From the NCBI GenBank assembly GCA_016713445.1, contig JADJPB010000001.1, positions 726,572-790,571 of the forward strand: 64,000 nucleotides of DNA, written 5' to 3'. Under the pieces are notes generated by a model. The model saw only the letters and a list, made by a program, of their open reading frames with translations, did no database searches and was not told the origin of the DNA. This DNA comes from Bacteroidota bacterium. Lineage in GTDB: Bacteria > Bacteroidota > Bacteroidia > AKYH767-A > OLB10. Positions 42,852 through 53,072 of this stretch are shown one piece after another (the first letter of the stretch is position 1; each line of letters starts with the position of its first letter). Made by a program: the position numbers and the translations under genes.

Positions 42852-43733
42852 ATGAGTATTGAAAAGAGGAATATTATTGTGCCCATTGATTTTAGTGAGC
42901 AATCGAAAATTGCTTTAAGCCAGACGTATAATCTTGCAAAAATGGCCAAAGCCGATATTACATTATTACATGTTATTGACGAAGCTTTGTTTGAATCCAT
43001 CTTACATTTATTTAAAAATAATGAAGAGCATGAAAACATGATTAGAAAGGAGGCCCTAGAAAAACTGGAAACGCTTGCACTTGAAGCTAGGTCTAAGTCA
43101 GGTTTAGTATTTAATTGTCGTGTAGAGAAAGGGAAAATTTACGAGACTGTAACTGAAATAGCTGAAGAACTAGAAGCCATGTTTATTGTGATGGGCACTG
43201 CTGGGGAATCCTCCATCAAAAAGAAATTTATTGGTTCAAATGCAGTCCGTGTTATTGGCGATGCCCATTGCCCGGTAATTACAATAAAAGGGCAACAGCA
43301 TCGTTCGGGATGTGATATTATTTTACTACCTTTAGACCTTTCGAAGGAAACAAAAGAAAAAGTTGTTAAATGCGTTGAGATCGCGAAGTTCTTTCAGTCA
43401 GTTATAAAAGTAATAACCATTGTTACCACCTCAGATGAATTCCTGATCAATAAAATGGAACGACAAATGGACCAAGTTCTTAATTTCATAAAAGATCATA
43501 CAGTTGAATGCACAGGCGAATTTATAAAAGGAAATGATATTTCAGATGGCGTATTAGCACATGCCCAAGAAATCAACGCTGATCTAATAATTATAATGAC
43601 ACAACAAGAATTAGAATGGACAGAATATTTCATCGGAACAGAATCACAGCAAATTATTAATAATTCGGAAATCCCTGTTTGCTCCATTCGACCTATTAAA
43701 AGAAAAGATACCACCGAATACGTACTCTCCTAG
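42852..43733 (+). CDS. universal stress protein with tandem UspA domains
   Basis: Two USP domains (…IIVPIDFSEQSKIAL…LLHVID… and …MGTAGESSIKKKFIGSNAVRVIGDAHCPVITIK…). Confidence 0.75.
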   Translation: MSIEKRNIIVPIDFSEQSKIALSQTYNLAKMAKADITLLHVIDEALFESILHLFKNNEEHENMIRKEALEKLETLALEARSKSGLVFNCRVEKGKIYETVTEIAEELEAMFIVMGTAGESSIKKKFIGSNAVRVIGDAHCPVITIKGQQHRSGCDIILLPLDLSKETKEKVVKCVEIAKFFQSVIKVITIVTTSDEFLINKMERQMDQVLNFIKDHTVECTGEFIKGNDISDGVLAHAQEINADLIIIMTQQELEWTEYFIGTESQQIINNSEIPVCSIRPIKRKDTTEYVLS

Positions 43734-43831
43734 AACTAAAAAAATAATTGTTATGCATAAAGATCTTGTCATAAAAAATTCTGATTCCATACGATTTTTC
43801 TGAAACTTCTGATTTAAGTTTAGAGCATGGA

Positions 43832-44627
43832 GTGTTCATGGCCAAACTTATGAAGGCTGAAATTTGTTTACTCCATATAGTGGAAACCACAACATTCCCT
43901 AGTTCTATTTCGCATGCTTTTTCAGGATTTGAAAAAAAAGTGGAAGAAGCATCTAATGAAAATTTAAAGGCATTGGCGGATAAATTACATACTAACCATG
44001 GAATTCCGGTGAGTATAATTACCGAAGTTGGAAAAATTTACAAACGCATCGTACATGTAGCAAAACAAGCGCATATTGATATTATCATTATGGGTACATG
44101 GTGCTGGTGGACATAGTTACATCATCGGAAGTAACACAACTCGTGTGGTGCAAGAAGCTCCATGTCCAGTGATCTCAGTGCAAACACACGCTACTAAAGT
44201 TGGATTTACTAAAATTGCTGTTCCAATTGATGATTCTGTTGAATCGCGTCAAAAAGTAAATTTTGCTTTAGAGATTGCCAGAAAATACAATTCCAACGTG
44301 GTTGTAATTGGTTTAATGAAAAATGGCAATGAAGATTACGAACGTAAGTTTAAAATCAAGATTGAGCAAGTAGAAAAGTTTTTACTGGATCATGGTATTC
44401 ATACAGAAGTTATCTACAAGCAGGGAGAAGATCTTTCAAAAGGAACTTTACATTCTGCAGAAGAAATTGATGCAGATTTGGTGATGATTATGACTGAACA
44501 AGAGCCTAGTATTACTGGCTTGTTGATGGGTTCATACGCGACCAAAGTAATCAATGGTTCCAAGATACCTGTGATGACCATTCGTCCAGCTGAGATCGAT
44601 CCTGAGCGCTTAACTGTTACCTTTTAA
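43832..44627 (+). CDS. universal stress protein with tandem UspA domains, frameshifted at about 44090
   Basis: …AHIDIIIMGT | HGAGGHSYIIGSNTTRVVQEAPCPVISV… spans the 94-aa and 183-aa ORFs. Confidence 0.7.
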
Positions 44628-44654
44628 TTAAATTTCAAAAAAAAAGTCTTTAAA

Positions 44655-44690
44655 ACATCGATCGCTAACGGTCGATGTTTTATTTTTATA
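44655..44690 (+). terminator. rho-independent terminator
   Basis: aacatcgatcgctaacggtcgatgtttt followed by atttttat. Confidence 0.55.
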
Positions 44691-44692
44691 GC

Positions 44693-46603
44693 ATGAGCCA
44701 TATCCATCAAATATTAGCGCAGTATTGGGGATACACTCAATTTCGTCCTTTGCAAGAGGACATCATCCGATCGGTGATGTCGGGTCGGGATACTTTAGCT
44801 TTACTTCCAACAGGAGGCGGGAAATCGTTGTGCTTTCAAGTACCCGCAATGAGTCAACCTGGCTTATGTCTTGTGATTTCGCCTCTCATCGCGCTGATGA
44901 AGGATCAAGAAGAAAATTTGTTAAAAAAAGGAATACGTGCACATGCAATTGTGAGTGGAATGAAGAAGAGTGAGGTGGAGAGAGCCTTGAACAATTGCAT
45001 TTATGGAGATTACAAGTTCCTGTATGTCTCACCGGAGCGACTCCTCTCGCCTATTTTCAAGGAGTATCTATTACAAATGAAATTAAACATGATTGCTGTA
45101 GATGAGGCGCATTGTATCTCTCAATGGGGTTATGATTTTCGTCCACCCTACCTTCAAATTGCAGAAATTCGTGAACATTTTCCTAAAGTGCCCATCCTTG
45201 CCCTTACTGCTTCTGCTACACCGGAAGTGAAAGAGGATATTATAGAGAAATTAGAGATGACTAACGTTGCTGTCTATGCGAAAAGCTCTGCACGCTCCAA
45301 CACTTCTTATCTTGTACGTCAAACAGAAGATAAGATGGCGCATCTTTTCAAGGTGCTTGACAACATGCCAGGATCTTCAATTGTTTATGTACGCAACCGC
45401 CGCAAGACACAGGAAATTGCCAATGCCATTCGCAACCATGGGTTCTCAGCTAATTTTTATCATGCAGGACTCAATCATCAGGCTCGTGCTGAGCGGCAAG
45501 AGCAATGGAAGACCGATAAAACCCGCGTTATCGTTGCGACGAATGCATTTGGGATGGGGATTGACAAACCCAATGTGCGATCCGTAATTCACATGGATTT
45601 GCCTGATGATTTAGAGAGTTATTATCAAGAAGCTGGACGTGCTGGGCGTGATAGAAAACCAAGTTATGCGGTAGTGCTGTACGATAAAAGTGATTTTCTA
45701 AGCAAGGATAAACGTCTGCTTCTAGACTTCCCCCCTCGTGATGAGATCAGAAGAGTGTATAAAGCGTTGGGAAATTATTTGCAAATCCCGTTGCATACTG
45801 GTAAAGATGTAATGCATTCCTTTGATTTAGTCGAATTTTGCCAATTTTACTCTTTCGATAATTTCTTAACTTATAATTGCTTGAAAATTTTGGAGATGGC
45901 AGATTATATTTGCCTAAGTGAATCGATCTTTCTCCCTGCACGCTTAAGAATATTAACGAACTCCAATGATCTTTATGTTTTTCAAGTTCAACAACAGAAA
46001 TTCGACCATCTTATCAAAATTATTTTGCGATCTTATACCGGACTCTTTGACGATTATGTACATTTTAGTGAAACCGAATTGGCTCAACGAGCAGGCATTT
46101 CGAATTCAGAATTGATTCAGCAATTGAATTACTTGCAAAAAGTAGATGTGTTAGAATATATTCCTACCATTGACAAACCACAACTTTCATTTACACAAGA
46201 TCGTGTAGATGAAAAAGAAGTTATTATTTCGAAAGCCATTCTAGAAGAACGAAAGGAACGATTTGTAATCAGAGCACAAGCTTTTAAAAATTTTTTAATC
46301 AATCAACACGAATGTCGGAGTATGATGTTGTTGAATTATTTTGGAGAAAATCAGTTGGTACGATGCGGTACTTGTGACTATTGCCGTGATCGAAATAAAA
46401 TCGAATTAAACGATATGGAGATGGAGGAACTTTGCCATCAGATTCGTCACACACTCATACAATCGCCGATGGATCCTGATCAACTCAGCGATCAATTTAA
46501 ACATATTCCACTTGACCATTTTAAAACGGTATTAAAATGGTTATTGGATACTGAGGAGTTGGGTATCGATATTGTGGGTAAGGTCTATTGTAAGTTAGAT
46601 TAG
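44693..46603 (+). CDS. recQ: ATP-dependent DNA helicase RecQ
   Basis: MSHIHQILAQYWGYTQFRPLQEDII…LLPTGGGKSLCFQVPA… (Q motif, Walker A); DEAH box (VDEAHCISQWG); RQC/Zn region and HRDC-like C-terminus. The most likely start is ATG 44693, after the terminator. Confidence 0.9.
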   Translation: MSHIHQILAQYWGYTQFRPLQEDIIRSVMSGRDTLALLPTGGGKSLCFQVPAMSQPGLCLVISPLIALMKDQEENLLKKGIRAHAIVSGMKKSEVERALNNCIYGDYKFLYVSPERLLSPIFKEYLLQMKLNMIAVDEAHCISQWGYDFRPPYLQIAEIREHFPKVPILALTASATPEVKEDIIEKLEMTNVAVYAKSSARSNTSYLVRQTEDKMAHLFKVLDNMPGSSIVYVRNRRKTQEIANAIRNHGFSANFYHAGLNHQARAERQEQWKTDKTRVIVATNAFGMGIDKPNVRSVIHMDLPDDLESYYQEAGRAGRDRKPSYAVVLYDKSDFLSKDKRLLLDFPPRDEIRRVYKALGNYLQIPLHTGKDVMHSFDLVEFCQFYSFDNFLTYNCLKILEMADYICLSESIFLPARLRILTNSNDLYVFQVQQQKFDHLIKIILRSYTGLFDDYVHFSETELAQRAGISNSELIQQLNYLQKVDVLEYIPTIDKPQLSFTQDRVDEKEVIISKAILEERKERFVIRAQAFKNFLINQHECRSMMLLNYFGENQLVRCGTCDYCRDRNKIELNDMEMEELCHQIRHTLIQSPMDPDQLSDQFKHIPLDHFKTVLKWLLDTEELGIDIVGKVYCKLD

Positions 46604-46718
46604 TAAAGACTTTTAAGGTTAAGTAAATATAAGGTGAAACTTACATTTACACTTGTTAACAGTCTCACTGGAAGCTCACCTAGTCAAAAGCGATCGAAAC
46701 GAAAAATAATTACTAGAT

Positions 46719-47528
46719 TTGGAAACAAGAATTATGGAGCTATTTCATATCGATTTTTTAAGCGTAAGACTACTGGATATATTGGATATCTTGCTGGTCG
46801 GTTTTCTATTGTACAAGATTTATCAATTGTTGAAAGGTGGTGCTGCGATGAGTATTTTTATTGGTATCGTAGCAATTTATGTATTATGGTGGTTGTTTGT
46901 GAAAATTTTGGATATGCAATTGTTGGGTGCTTTACTAGGACAATTTATGAGCGTTGGAGTATTAGCCCTTATTATCGTTTTTCAGCAGGAGGTTCGTCGA
47001 TTTTTGTTGATCGTCGGAAGCAATCGTTTTACGGGAAAAGGCAGTATCTCCAAAAAGATATTACCTTGGCATTGGAAAGCACCTTCTGCAATTCCCATCA
47101 ACATAACACCCATCGTGAAGGCCTGTATTTCAATGTCAAAAACTAAAACAGGTGCTATCATTATCATTGGACGTTCGAGCGACTTAAAGTTTTACGAAAG
47201 TACTGGTGATTTAATGGATGCTGATGTGTCGAAACGTTTACTGGAGTCTATTTTTTTCAAAGGATCACCGATGCATGACGGCGCAGTCATTATCGAAAAC
47301 AATAAAGTAAAAGCAGCTAGATGTGTCCTACCTGTAACTGAGAACTCGGATCTCCCAGCACATTATGGAATGCGTCATCGTGCTGCGTTAGGAATTACTG
47401 AACAAAGTGATGCGATTTCGATTATTGTTTCTGAAGAAACTGGATTTATTTCTTTAGCGATTGATGGGAAGATGCATTATAATATTTCAAGCGATGAGCT
47501 CGAAAAACTTTTAGGGAAGATGATTTAG
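46719..47528 (+). CDS. cdaA: diadenylate cyclase (c-di-AMP synthase) CdaA
   Basis: 3 N-terminal TM helices plus a DAC domain with DGA (…MHDGAVII…) and RHRAA (…GMRHRAALG…) motifs. Confidence 0.85.
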   Translation: METRIMELFHIDFLSVRLLDILDILLVGFLLYKIYQLLKGGAAMSIFIGIVAIYVLWWLFVKILDMQLLGALLGQFMSVGVLALIIVFQQEVRRFLLIVGSNRFTGKGSISKKILPWHWKAPSAIPINITPIVKACISMSKTKTGAIIIIGRSSDLKFYESTGDLMDADVSKRLLESIFFKGSPMHDGAVIIENNKVKAARCVLPVTENSDLPAHYGMRHRAALGITEQSDAISIIVSEETGFISLAIDGKMHYNISSDELEKLLGKMI

Positions 47529-47559
47529 TTACGTATTGTAATTGTAGTTGCGTAATGTT

Positions 47560-47642
47560 TATTCCTCGCTTTTTTAGGCTTCTAGCTTCTGGCTGCTAGT
47601 TTTTTTTAGCTGCTAGCTTCTAGCTATCTTCTATATTTTTGT
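47560..47642. repeat. GCTAGC/GCTGCTAG-rich simple repeat at the 3' flank of a four-helix-bundle gene
   Basis: ggcttctagcttctggctgctagttttttttagctgctagcttctagct; reverse-complementary to the repeat at 48163-48188. Confidence 0.7.
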
Positions 47643-47960
47643 AGTTCTTAGTTTTATCAAATAGCTATTAATCATTCTTTGAATTTGGTCTAGTTTTACT
47701 AGCAATTTTTCATGTTCAAACTCACTAATGTAATTTAAACGAAGGAATAAGTGAATTTGAGTTTCTAGTTCGAATGAAGATCCCATTGAAATTTCAACAA
47801 ATCGTGCTTTATCTTTCTCAGATTGTCTCGAACAGCCTTCAGCAATGTTGGATGGTATGGAAACAGAACATCTTCTCATTTGATTAGTCAATCCATAGAT
47901 TTCTGAAATTGGCAATTTTGTTGTTATTTGATAAGTTGATTCTACCAATTCAATTCCCAA
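47631..47960 (-). CDS. four-helix-bundle protein (TIGR02436 / 23S rRNA IVS / Avd-like), second copy
   Basis: MGIELVESTYQITTKLPISEIYGLTNQMRRCSVSIPSNIAEGCSRQSEKDKARFVEISMGSSFELETQIHLFLRLNYISEFEHEKLLVKLDQIQRMINSYL; the family motif SIPSNIAEGxxR is present. Confidence 0.8.
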   Translation of the reverse strand: MGIELVESTYQITTKLPISEIYGLTNQMRRCSVSIPSNIAEGCSRQSEKDKARFVEISMGSSFELETQIHLFLRLNYISEFEHEKLLVKLDQIQRMINSYLIKLRTTKI

Positions 47961-48162
47961 ATTTTTAATTTCTTAAAATTTATCATATTATTACTTTTTT
48001 GCAAAGTTGATATAAGAAAAATAGATAGTCGTATAATAAATACTTATACGTTTTGCAAATAACTAATCGTCCTTAAGCTTTAACAATCAACCAGAAAAAC
48101 TTTTAAAAATTTGTAGTAAAAAACAAATTAAACCATAAGAAAACACTTCTCAATAAAATTTT

Positions 48163-48188
48163 CGATCAGCTAGCAGCTAGCAGCCATA
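48163..48188. repeat. GCTAGCAGC repeat at the 5' flank of the four-helix-bundle gene, inverted relative to 47560-47642
   Basis: gatcagctagcagctagcagcc. Confidence 0.7.
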
Positions 48189-48244
48189 AGCTAAACCAAA
48201 TTTCGGAGCCAAATCTCTACTATGAAACAAACTCTATCTACTTA

Positions 48245-50157
48245 CTCACACTATTCGCGAGTTCAAAATACTTCGCTGCCATCGCTTCATTGCCTTTATT
48301 GCGCCAGGTTACTCTAAAAGTAATAAGCTTGCGTAAGATTTGGATTAATTTGTACCGCTCGCTCGAGGTTAGTGATGGCCATATCATAGCCCGCCTACTC
48401 CGTAACACGATCCGATATTCATATAAGCATCAGCATAATCAGGTTTGTATTTTACGGCTTGTTGATATCGTTTTAAGGCTTCGTTGTAGTTTTGCATATC
48501 GAAATATACTGAACCAGAATTGTTGAGCACAACAGGATCATAAGGATTTAATTTTATGGCTTCGTCGTAGTATTTCAATGCTTCTGGATAATTTTTAACT
48601 CGGTAACTGGCTATTCCAAGTTGGGTCCATGCATCGGTGAAATATGGGTATAATTCAGTCGATTGTTGTAGATGGGAAACACCATCGTTGAATGCGGCAT
48701 CACGTTGATTTTCGGGAAGTGTTTCGAGGTAGTCGGGTTTTACTTTGTAAAGACCTACGTAATAATGTACGCGTGCCGAATTCGGCGCTGAGCTGAGACC
48801 GCTATTGTACACAACGTCTCGTTGCTCTTCCAAACTGGATTTCGTGTTATGGTGAGCCCTGAGAAGAGCAGTACAACAATTCCTGTGAATGACGCCGCCG
48901 GCACAGCAATGGTTTTTGATTCTACTAAATTTTTATCGAGAAATTTTAATATTAATGATGCGAAAAATAAAATAATTCCGAAAGAAGGCACATACATCAA
49001 ACGCTCTCCGTAATGTGTACCAATTCGCATGAAGATGTTAGAGGAAACAGAAACGGTTATGAAAAAGAAGAACAAGGCAAAACTAATCAGAGTCCCTTTC
49101 TTAAAATCCTTGATTGCCCATCCGAGGAGAGTTAGCAAAAGAACAGCCGATACCATAAATTTCCAATCACTTATTTTTGCTGAGAAACTTCAGGAAACGA
49201 TAAGTCAAAACTCAGGTTGTTGGGAACAACTAATTTGTAAAGATACAATCCCAACATAGCCACGGCACCGGTTATTTGAGTCAAGGTGTCTTTAGCGTAC
49301 ATCAATGCATTGTCAGCAACGGAGGGTGGTGCCGCCGTGAACATCTCGGAACTATTTAAGCCGTTGTGACGGATGAAGAGGAGAAGGATGGTGGGGATGA
49401 GCATCCATTGCGTGCCAACGAGCGAGGAACGGATTGTAGAAGTGTCTGAAGAATGAAAACGAAAATAAACCAATAACGGAAATATAGGTAAAAAGGTTAT
49501 GCTACTTTCTTTGCATAGGTAAGCGGCGAAGAATAAAATCATCGCTAGAATAATATTCATCGCTTTCCCTTGATCCTTGTAGGTTAAATATTGATTGAGG
49601 CTCAGTAGACAAAAGAGGAACGCTAATATTTCATCTAAGCTTTTAATGTTGGCCACAACTTCGGTGTGGATGGGATGGACGGCGAATATTAATGCGGTGA
49701 GTAACGCTAACTTTTGTTGATTCGGAAACCATTTGCTTAATAATCGGAAGATGAAAAAGCAAGTGAATGCAAAAAGCAAGACGTTGAGAAGATGTCCGGG
49801 TGTGGCGTTGTTTGGAAACCAATCCCAGAAAATAGCAAAGATTGCCTTAGGCAAAGGACGATACAACTCATCGGCAAGGAGAATGTAACCATAACGGTAA
49901 CTTGTGGAAAAGATTTCACCTAAGGCTGCTATTCCCTTTTGCGTACTGGTGTTTTCTAGGATTGCAGCATAATCATCTAATACAAATCCGAAGTCCAATG
50001 TGTTCGCATAAACTAAAAAACCAAGGATTGCCGGCAACCATGCCCACCATTTTGGATAATCTACTTTAGGGACAGATGATAGTACACCACTCTCTTTGGC
50101 TTTCGCCGTAGCAGCAAATTTTTCTTTTTTATTTAGTTTCTTCGCCGACATGGTCAC
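48245..50157 (-). CDS. TMTC-like protein: polytopic N-terminal membrane domain (DUF1736/PMT-like) plus C-terminal TPR repeats; split into at least 4 fragments by frameshifts
   Basis: 328-aa membrane ORF (…WWAWLPAILGFLVYANTLDFGFVLDDYAAILENTSTQKGIAALGEIFSTSYRYGY…); a further membrane segment in 48755-49156; TPR units in 48384-48833 continuing in shifted frames to about 48245 (…AMAAKYFELANSVSK*). Confidence 0.6.
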
Positions 50158-50164
50158 ATTTATT

Positions 50165-50630
50165 TTACATCGGCAGCGAATCGCTCACCGTCATTCCATT
50201 TTGCTTTTCGAACATCTCTATCAATGCTTCCGGCGACAGACTTAATTGTTGCAATAACATTCTGCAATCGTTCGCTAACACATGCTCGGGATATTTCTCC
50301 AAAAATTTTTGATAAAACACTTTTGCTTGTTCTACATCTTGCTTGTGATTTTCTGCTACGAAGCCTTGCATAAACAAAGCCGATCCGGCTTTATTGGAAT
50401 TGGGATAACGCTGCACTTTTCCAAACAAATCAATGGAATCATCAAACTTTCCTATGGAAATATTCAATTCTCCAGCCTTGAATAAATAAGCGGGTGATAT
50501 AATCGAGGTCGAGCGCTTTCTCTTTCTCCGAAATTTTCTCCTGAAGACTAACTTGAGGACGAGAGCAAGCCATCAATGAGCAAACACACATCAACAAAAA
50601 CCAAATTTTTAGATTCATACTTTTCATTTT
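50165..50630 (-). CDS. small TPR-like lipoprotein (frameshifted)
   Basis: Lipoprotein signal MKSMNLKIWFLLMCVCSLMAC; C-terminal helical repeat region (…GSALFMQGFVAENHKQDVEQAKVFYQKFLEKYPEHVLANDCRML…) in a second frame. Confidence 0.45.
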
Positions 50631-50655
50631 TATATTCAATATTTTTTTTTGAATG

Positions 50656-51462
50656 TTACTTAAACGGCGATCCCGGTTCCTTTGCCATATGTTTATAGAC
50701 AAGTTTATCCATCAGTGAGGGAAAGAATTTATTCATCAAAACTGTCAATCTTCCATTAAAAGTTAATACTAGATCACGTTTACGTTTTATAACGGCTTCC
50801 GTAATTTCGCGAGCTACGGTTTGTGCCGACATCATTTTATTCTCTTCCCTAGGACTTTCTCCCTGCGCACTACCATCAGCAGAAAGTGAAGAAATGCGAA
50901 TATCTGAAGCGGTAAATCCGGGGCAAACGATCAATACATGTAAATCTTTTTTTAGATTTTCAATCCGTAAAGTTTCCAGAAATCCTTCCAATGCAAACTT
51001 CGAAGCGGAATATCCAGTTCGTCCGGGCAAGCCTTTCTTTCCAGCGATGGAAGAAATTCCAACCACACTTCCCTTCGCCTCCAACAAATACGGCAATGCG
51101 TACTTCGTACAATACACTGCACCCCAAAAGTTCGTATCCATCAACCTTTTTAGTACGGATAAATCCATCTCATCGAAAAGAGCCCGCATGGATATGCCTG
51201 CATTATTAATCAGCACATCAATACGCCCAAACTTAACGATCGTTTCTTCAATAATTCGCTTGCTATCTTCTTCAACACTCACATCAGCCTGTACCGCCAA
51301 GATATGCTCTGATGATCCTTTAAACTCTGTAATTACCTCTTGCAATTTATCCAACCGACGTCCTGAAATCACAACGCGATACCCGCGCGCCAAAAAAGTG
51401 GCTGCACATGCTTTTCCAATTCCTGTTCCCCCTCCTGTAATGACGACTACTTTCGATTGCAT
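50656..51462 (-). CDS. SDR family short-chain dehydrogenase/reductase
   Basis: TGGGTGIGKACA Rossmann motif; NNAG; catalytic YxxxK (YSASKFAL). Confidence 0.8.
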   Translation of the reverse strand: MQSKVVVITGGGTGIGKACAATFLARGYRVVISGRRLDKLQEVITEFKGSSEHILAVQADVSVEEDSKRIIEETIVKFGRIDVLINNAGISMRALFDEMDLSVLKRLMDTNFWGAVYCTKYALPYLLEAKGSVVGISSIAGKKGLPGRTGYSASKFALEGFLETLRIENLKKDLHVLIVCPGFTASDIRISSLSADGSAQGESPREENKMMSAQTVAREITEAVIKRKRDLVLTFNGRLTVLMNKFFPSLMDKLVYKHMAKEPGSPFK

Positions 51463-51560
51463 CTTGCAAATCTAAAAAAGGAAGGAAGATGGGCGCTTGA
51501 TCTTCGCAACAACCATCGCCTTCTATGAAAATTATTGTAAATATGATTTCTGCAGTCGCT

Positions 51561-51633
51561 ATCCAGTAGGAAAAATCTTAAAAAAGATTATCCTACTGGA
51601 TTACCTAAATTAGTCTAAAGACTAATTTAGGTA
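51561..51633. promoter_or_regulatory. two adjacent long palindromes in the divergent intergenic region (candidate operators)
   Basis: ATCCAGTAGGAAAAATCTTAAAAAAGATTATCCTACTGGAT at 51561-51601 and TACCTAAATTAGTCTAAAGACTAATTTAGGTA at 51602-51633, which has perfect 14-bp arms. Both lie about 20-90 bp upstream of the likely ATG at 51655. Confidence 0.5.
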
Positions 51634-51636
51634 GAT

Positions 51637-52822
51637 TTGCAAAAAACATCAAGTATGCGCTTACAGGTAGTCGTGGGAAAAGAACTTATTCATCAATTTC
51701 ATCAAATTCCCTATTCCATCTATAACAACGATCCACATTGGGTGCCTCATATAATTCAAGACATCGAGAAAGTTTTTGATCCAGCTAAGAACAAGCTTTT
51801 TAAGGAAGGAGCTACGGCCATTCGTTGGATACTTCTCAATGATACAGGTGAAAAAATTGGACGAATCGCAGCATTCATCAATCCGAAAGATGTAGACACC
51901 ACGAAATACAAGACGGGCGGACTCGGATTTTTTGAATGTATCAACGATCCGTTGGCGGCACATTTCCTATTTGACGCAGGCAAAGAATGGCTCGCTAAAC
52001 AAGGGATGGAAGCCATGGACGGCCCCATCAACTTCGGCGACCGCAGTCAATTTTGGGGTTGTCAGGTTACCAATTGGAACGAGCCCGGCATCTATCCCAT
52101 GAACTACAATCCGCCTTACTACCAAGAACTTTTCCTTAGCTATGGCTTTGGCGTTTATTTCAACCAGCATATTTACTGGCGTAGTTTAGAAATTCCAGCG
52201 CAAGCCATTTTTCACCGCAAATACAACAATTTAAAGAGCGATCCAAAATTCAAGGTTTGCAATATTGAAAGTATATCGGTGGAGCAAGCGGCTGAAAACT
52301 TCCAAATCGTTTATAATGCAGCTTGGGGCGGACATTCCCACTTTAAGGAGATGAGTTCGTCGGCAGCGCAGAAAGTATTCAGGGCCATTAAACCCGTATT
52401 AGATCCACGGGCTATTATCTTCGCTTATTACGATGATGCCCCCATTGGGGGTATTCTTATGTATACCCGAGTTAAACCAGATCTTCAAACATGTAAATGG
52501 GAACTTAAATGCCATAGGAAAAATAAAATTCCTATATCACAAGCTACGTCGCACTAGTACTCGACTTGTAGGGGCGGTATTTGGAGTGATTCGTGAATGG
52601 CATGGGAAAGGCGTAGAAGCCGCTTTAGTCGTTGAGGGCGAGATCAGTATCAAATCACGTAGAGTGTACAAAGACTTTGTCATTACCTGGATTGGCGACT
52701 TTAACCCCAAAATGATCAAAGTAGCCGAAAACCTTGATACTCAACTCTGGAGAACATTACAAACCTATCGTTACACCTTCGACCGAAGTATTCCATTTGA
52801 AAGGTGTCCAGTTGTTGAATAA
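51637..52822 (+). CDS. hypothetical protein (possibly acyl-CoA N-acyltransferase-like), frameshifted at about 52450-52550
   Basis: 306-aa ORF plus an overlapping 129-aa ORF collinear in another frame; I cannot assign a family with confidence. Confidence 0.35.
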
Positions 52823-52950
52823 CTACTCAAAATATTCATTAACAATTTTTTAAGATGTGTTTAAAAAAAACCTCTTCTTTGCTTGTCTAAATGAAAACAT
52901 AAAGACTATTTTTGCACCCCGTTTAAGACAATACTAGTTGAAGACGGAAC

Positions 52951-53023
52951 GATTCCGTAGCTCAGTTGGTAGAGCAATACACTTTTAATGTATGGGCCCT
53001 GGGTTCGAGTCCCAGCGGAATCA
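52951..53023 (+). tRNA. tRNA-Lys (TTT)
   Basis: GATTCCGTAGCTCAGTTGGTAGAGCAATACACTTTTAATGTATGGGCCCTGGGTTCGAGTCCCAGCGGAATCA: 7-bp acceptor stem, anticodon loop CTTTTAA, TTCGAGT T-loop. Confidence 0.9.
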
Positions 53024-53039
53024 CTAGTAAATGCAAAGG

Positions 53040-53062
53040 AAGGCCCTCTACGAGGGCCTTTT
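53040..53062 (+). terminator. hairpin with T run immediately 3' of tRNA-Lys
   Basis: aggccctctacgagggcctttt. Confidence 0.55.
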
Positions 53063-53072
53063 GATTTTAGGA

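Noticed and set aside
46634-47146. 170-aa ORF overlapping the start of cdaA in another frame
   Set aside because: It completely overlaps the well-supported cdaA reading frame and its sequence is low-complexity. Spurious.
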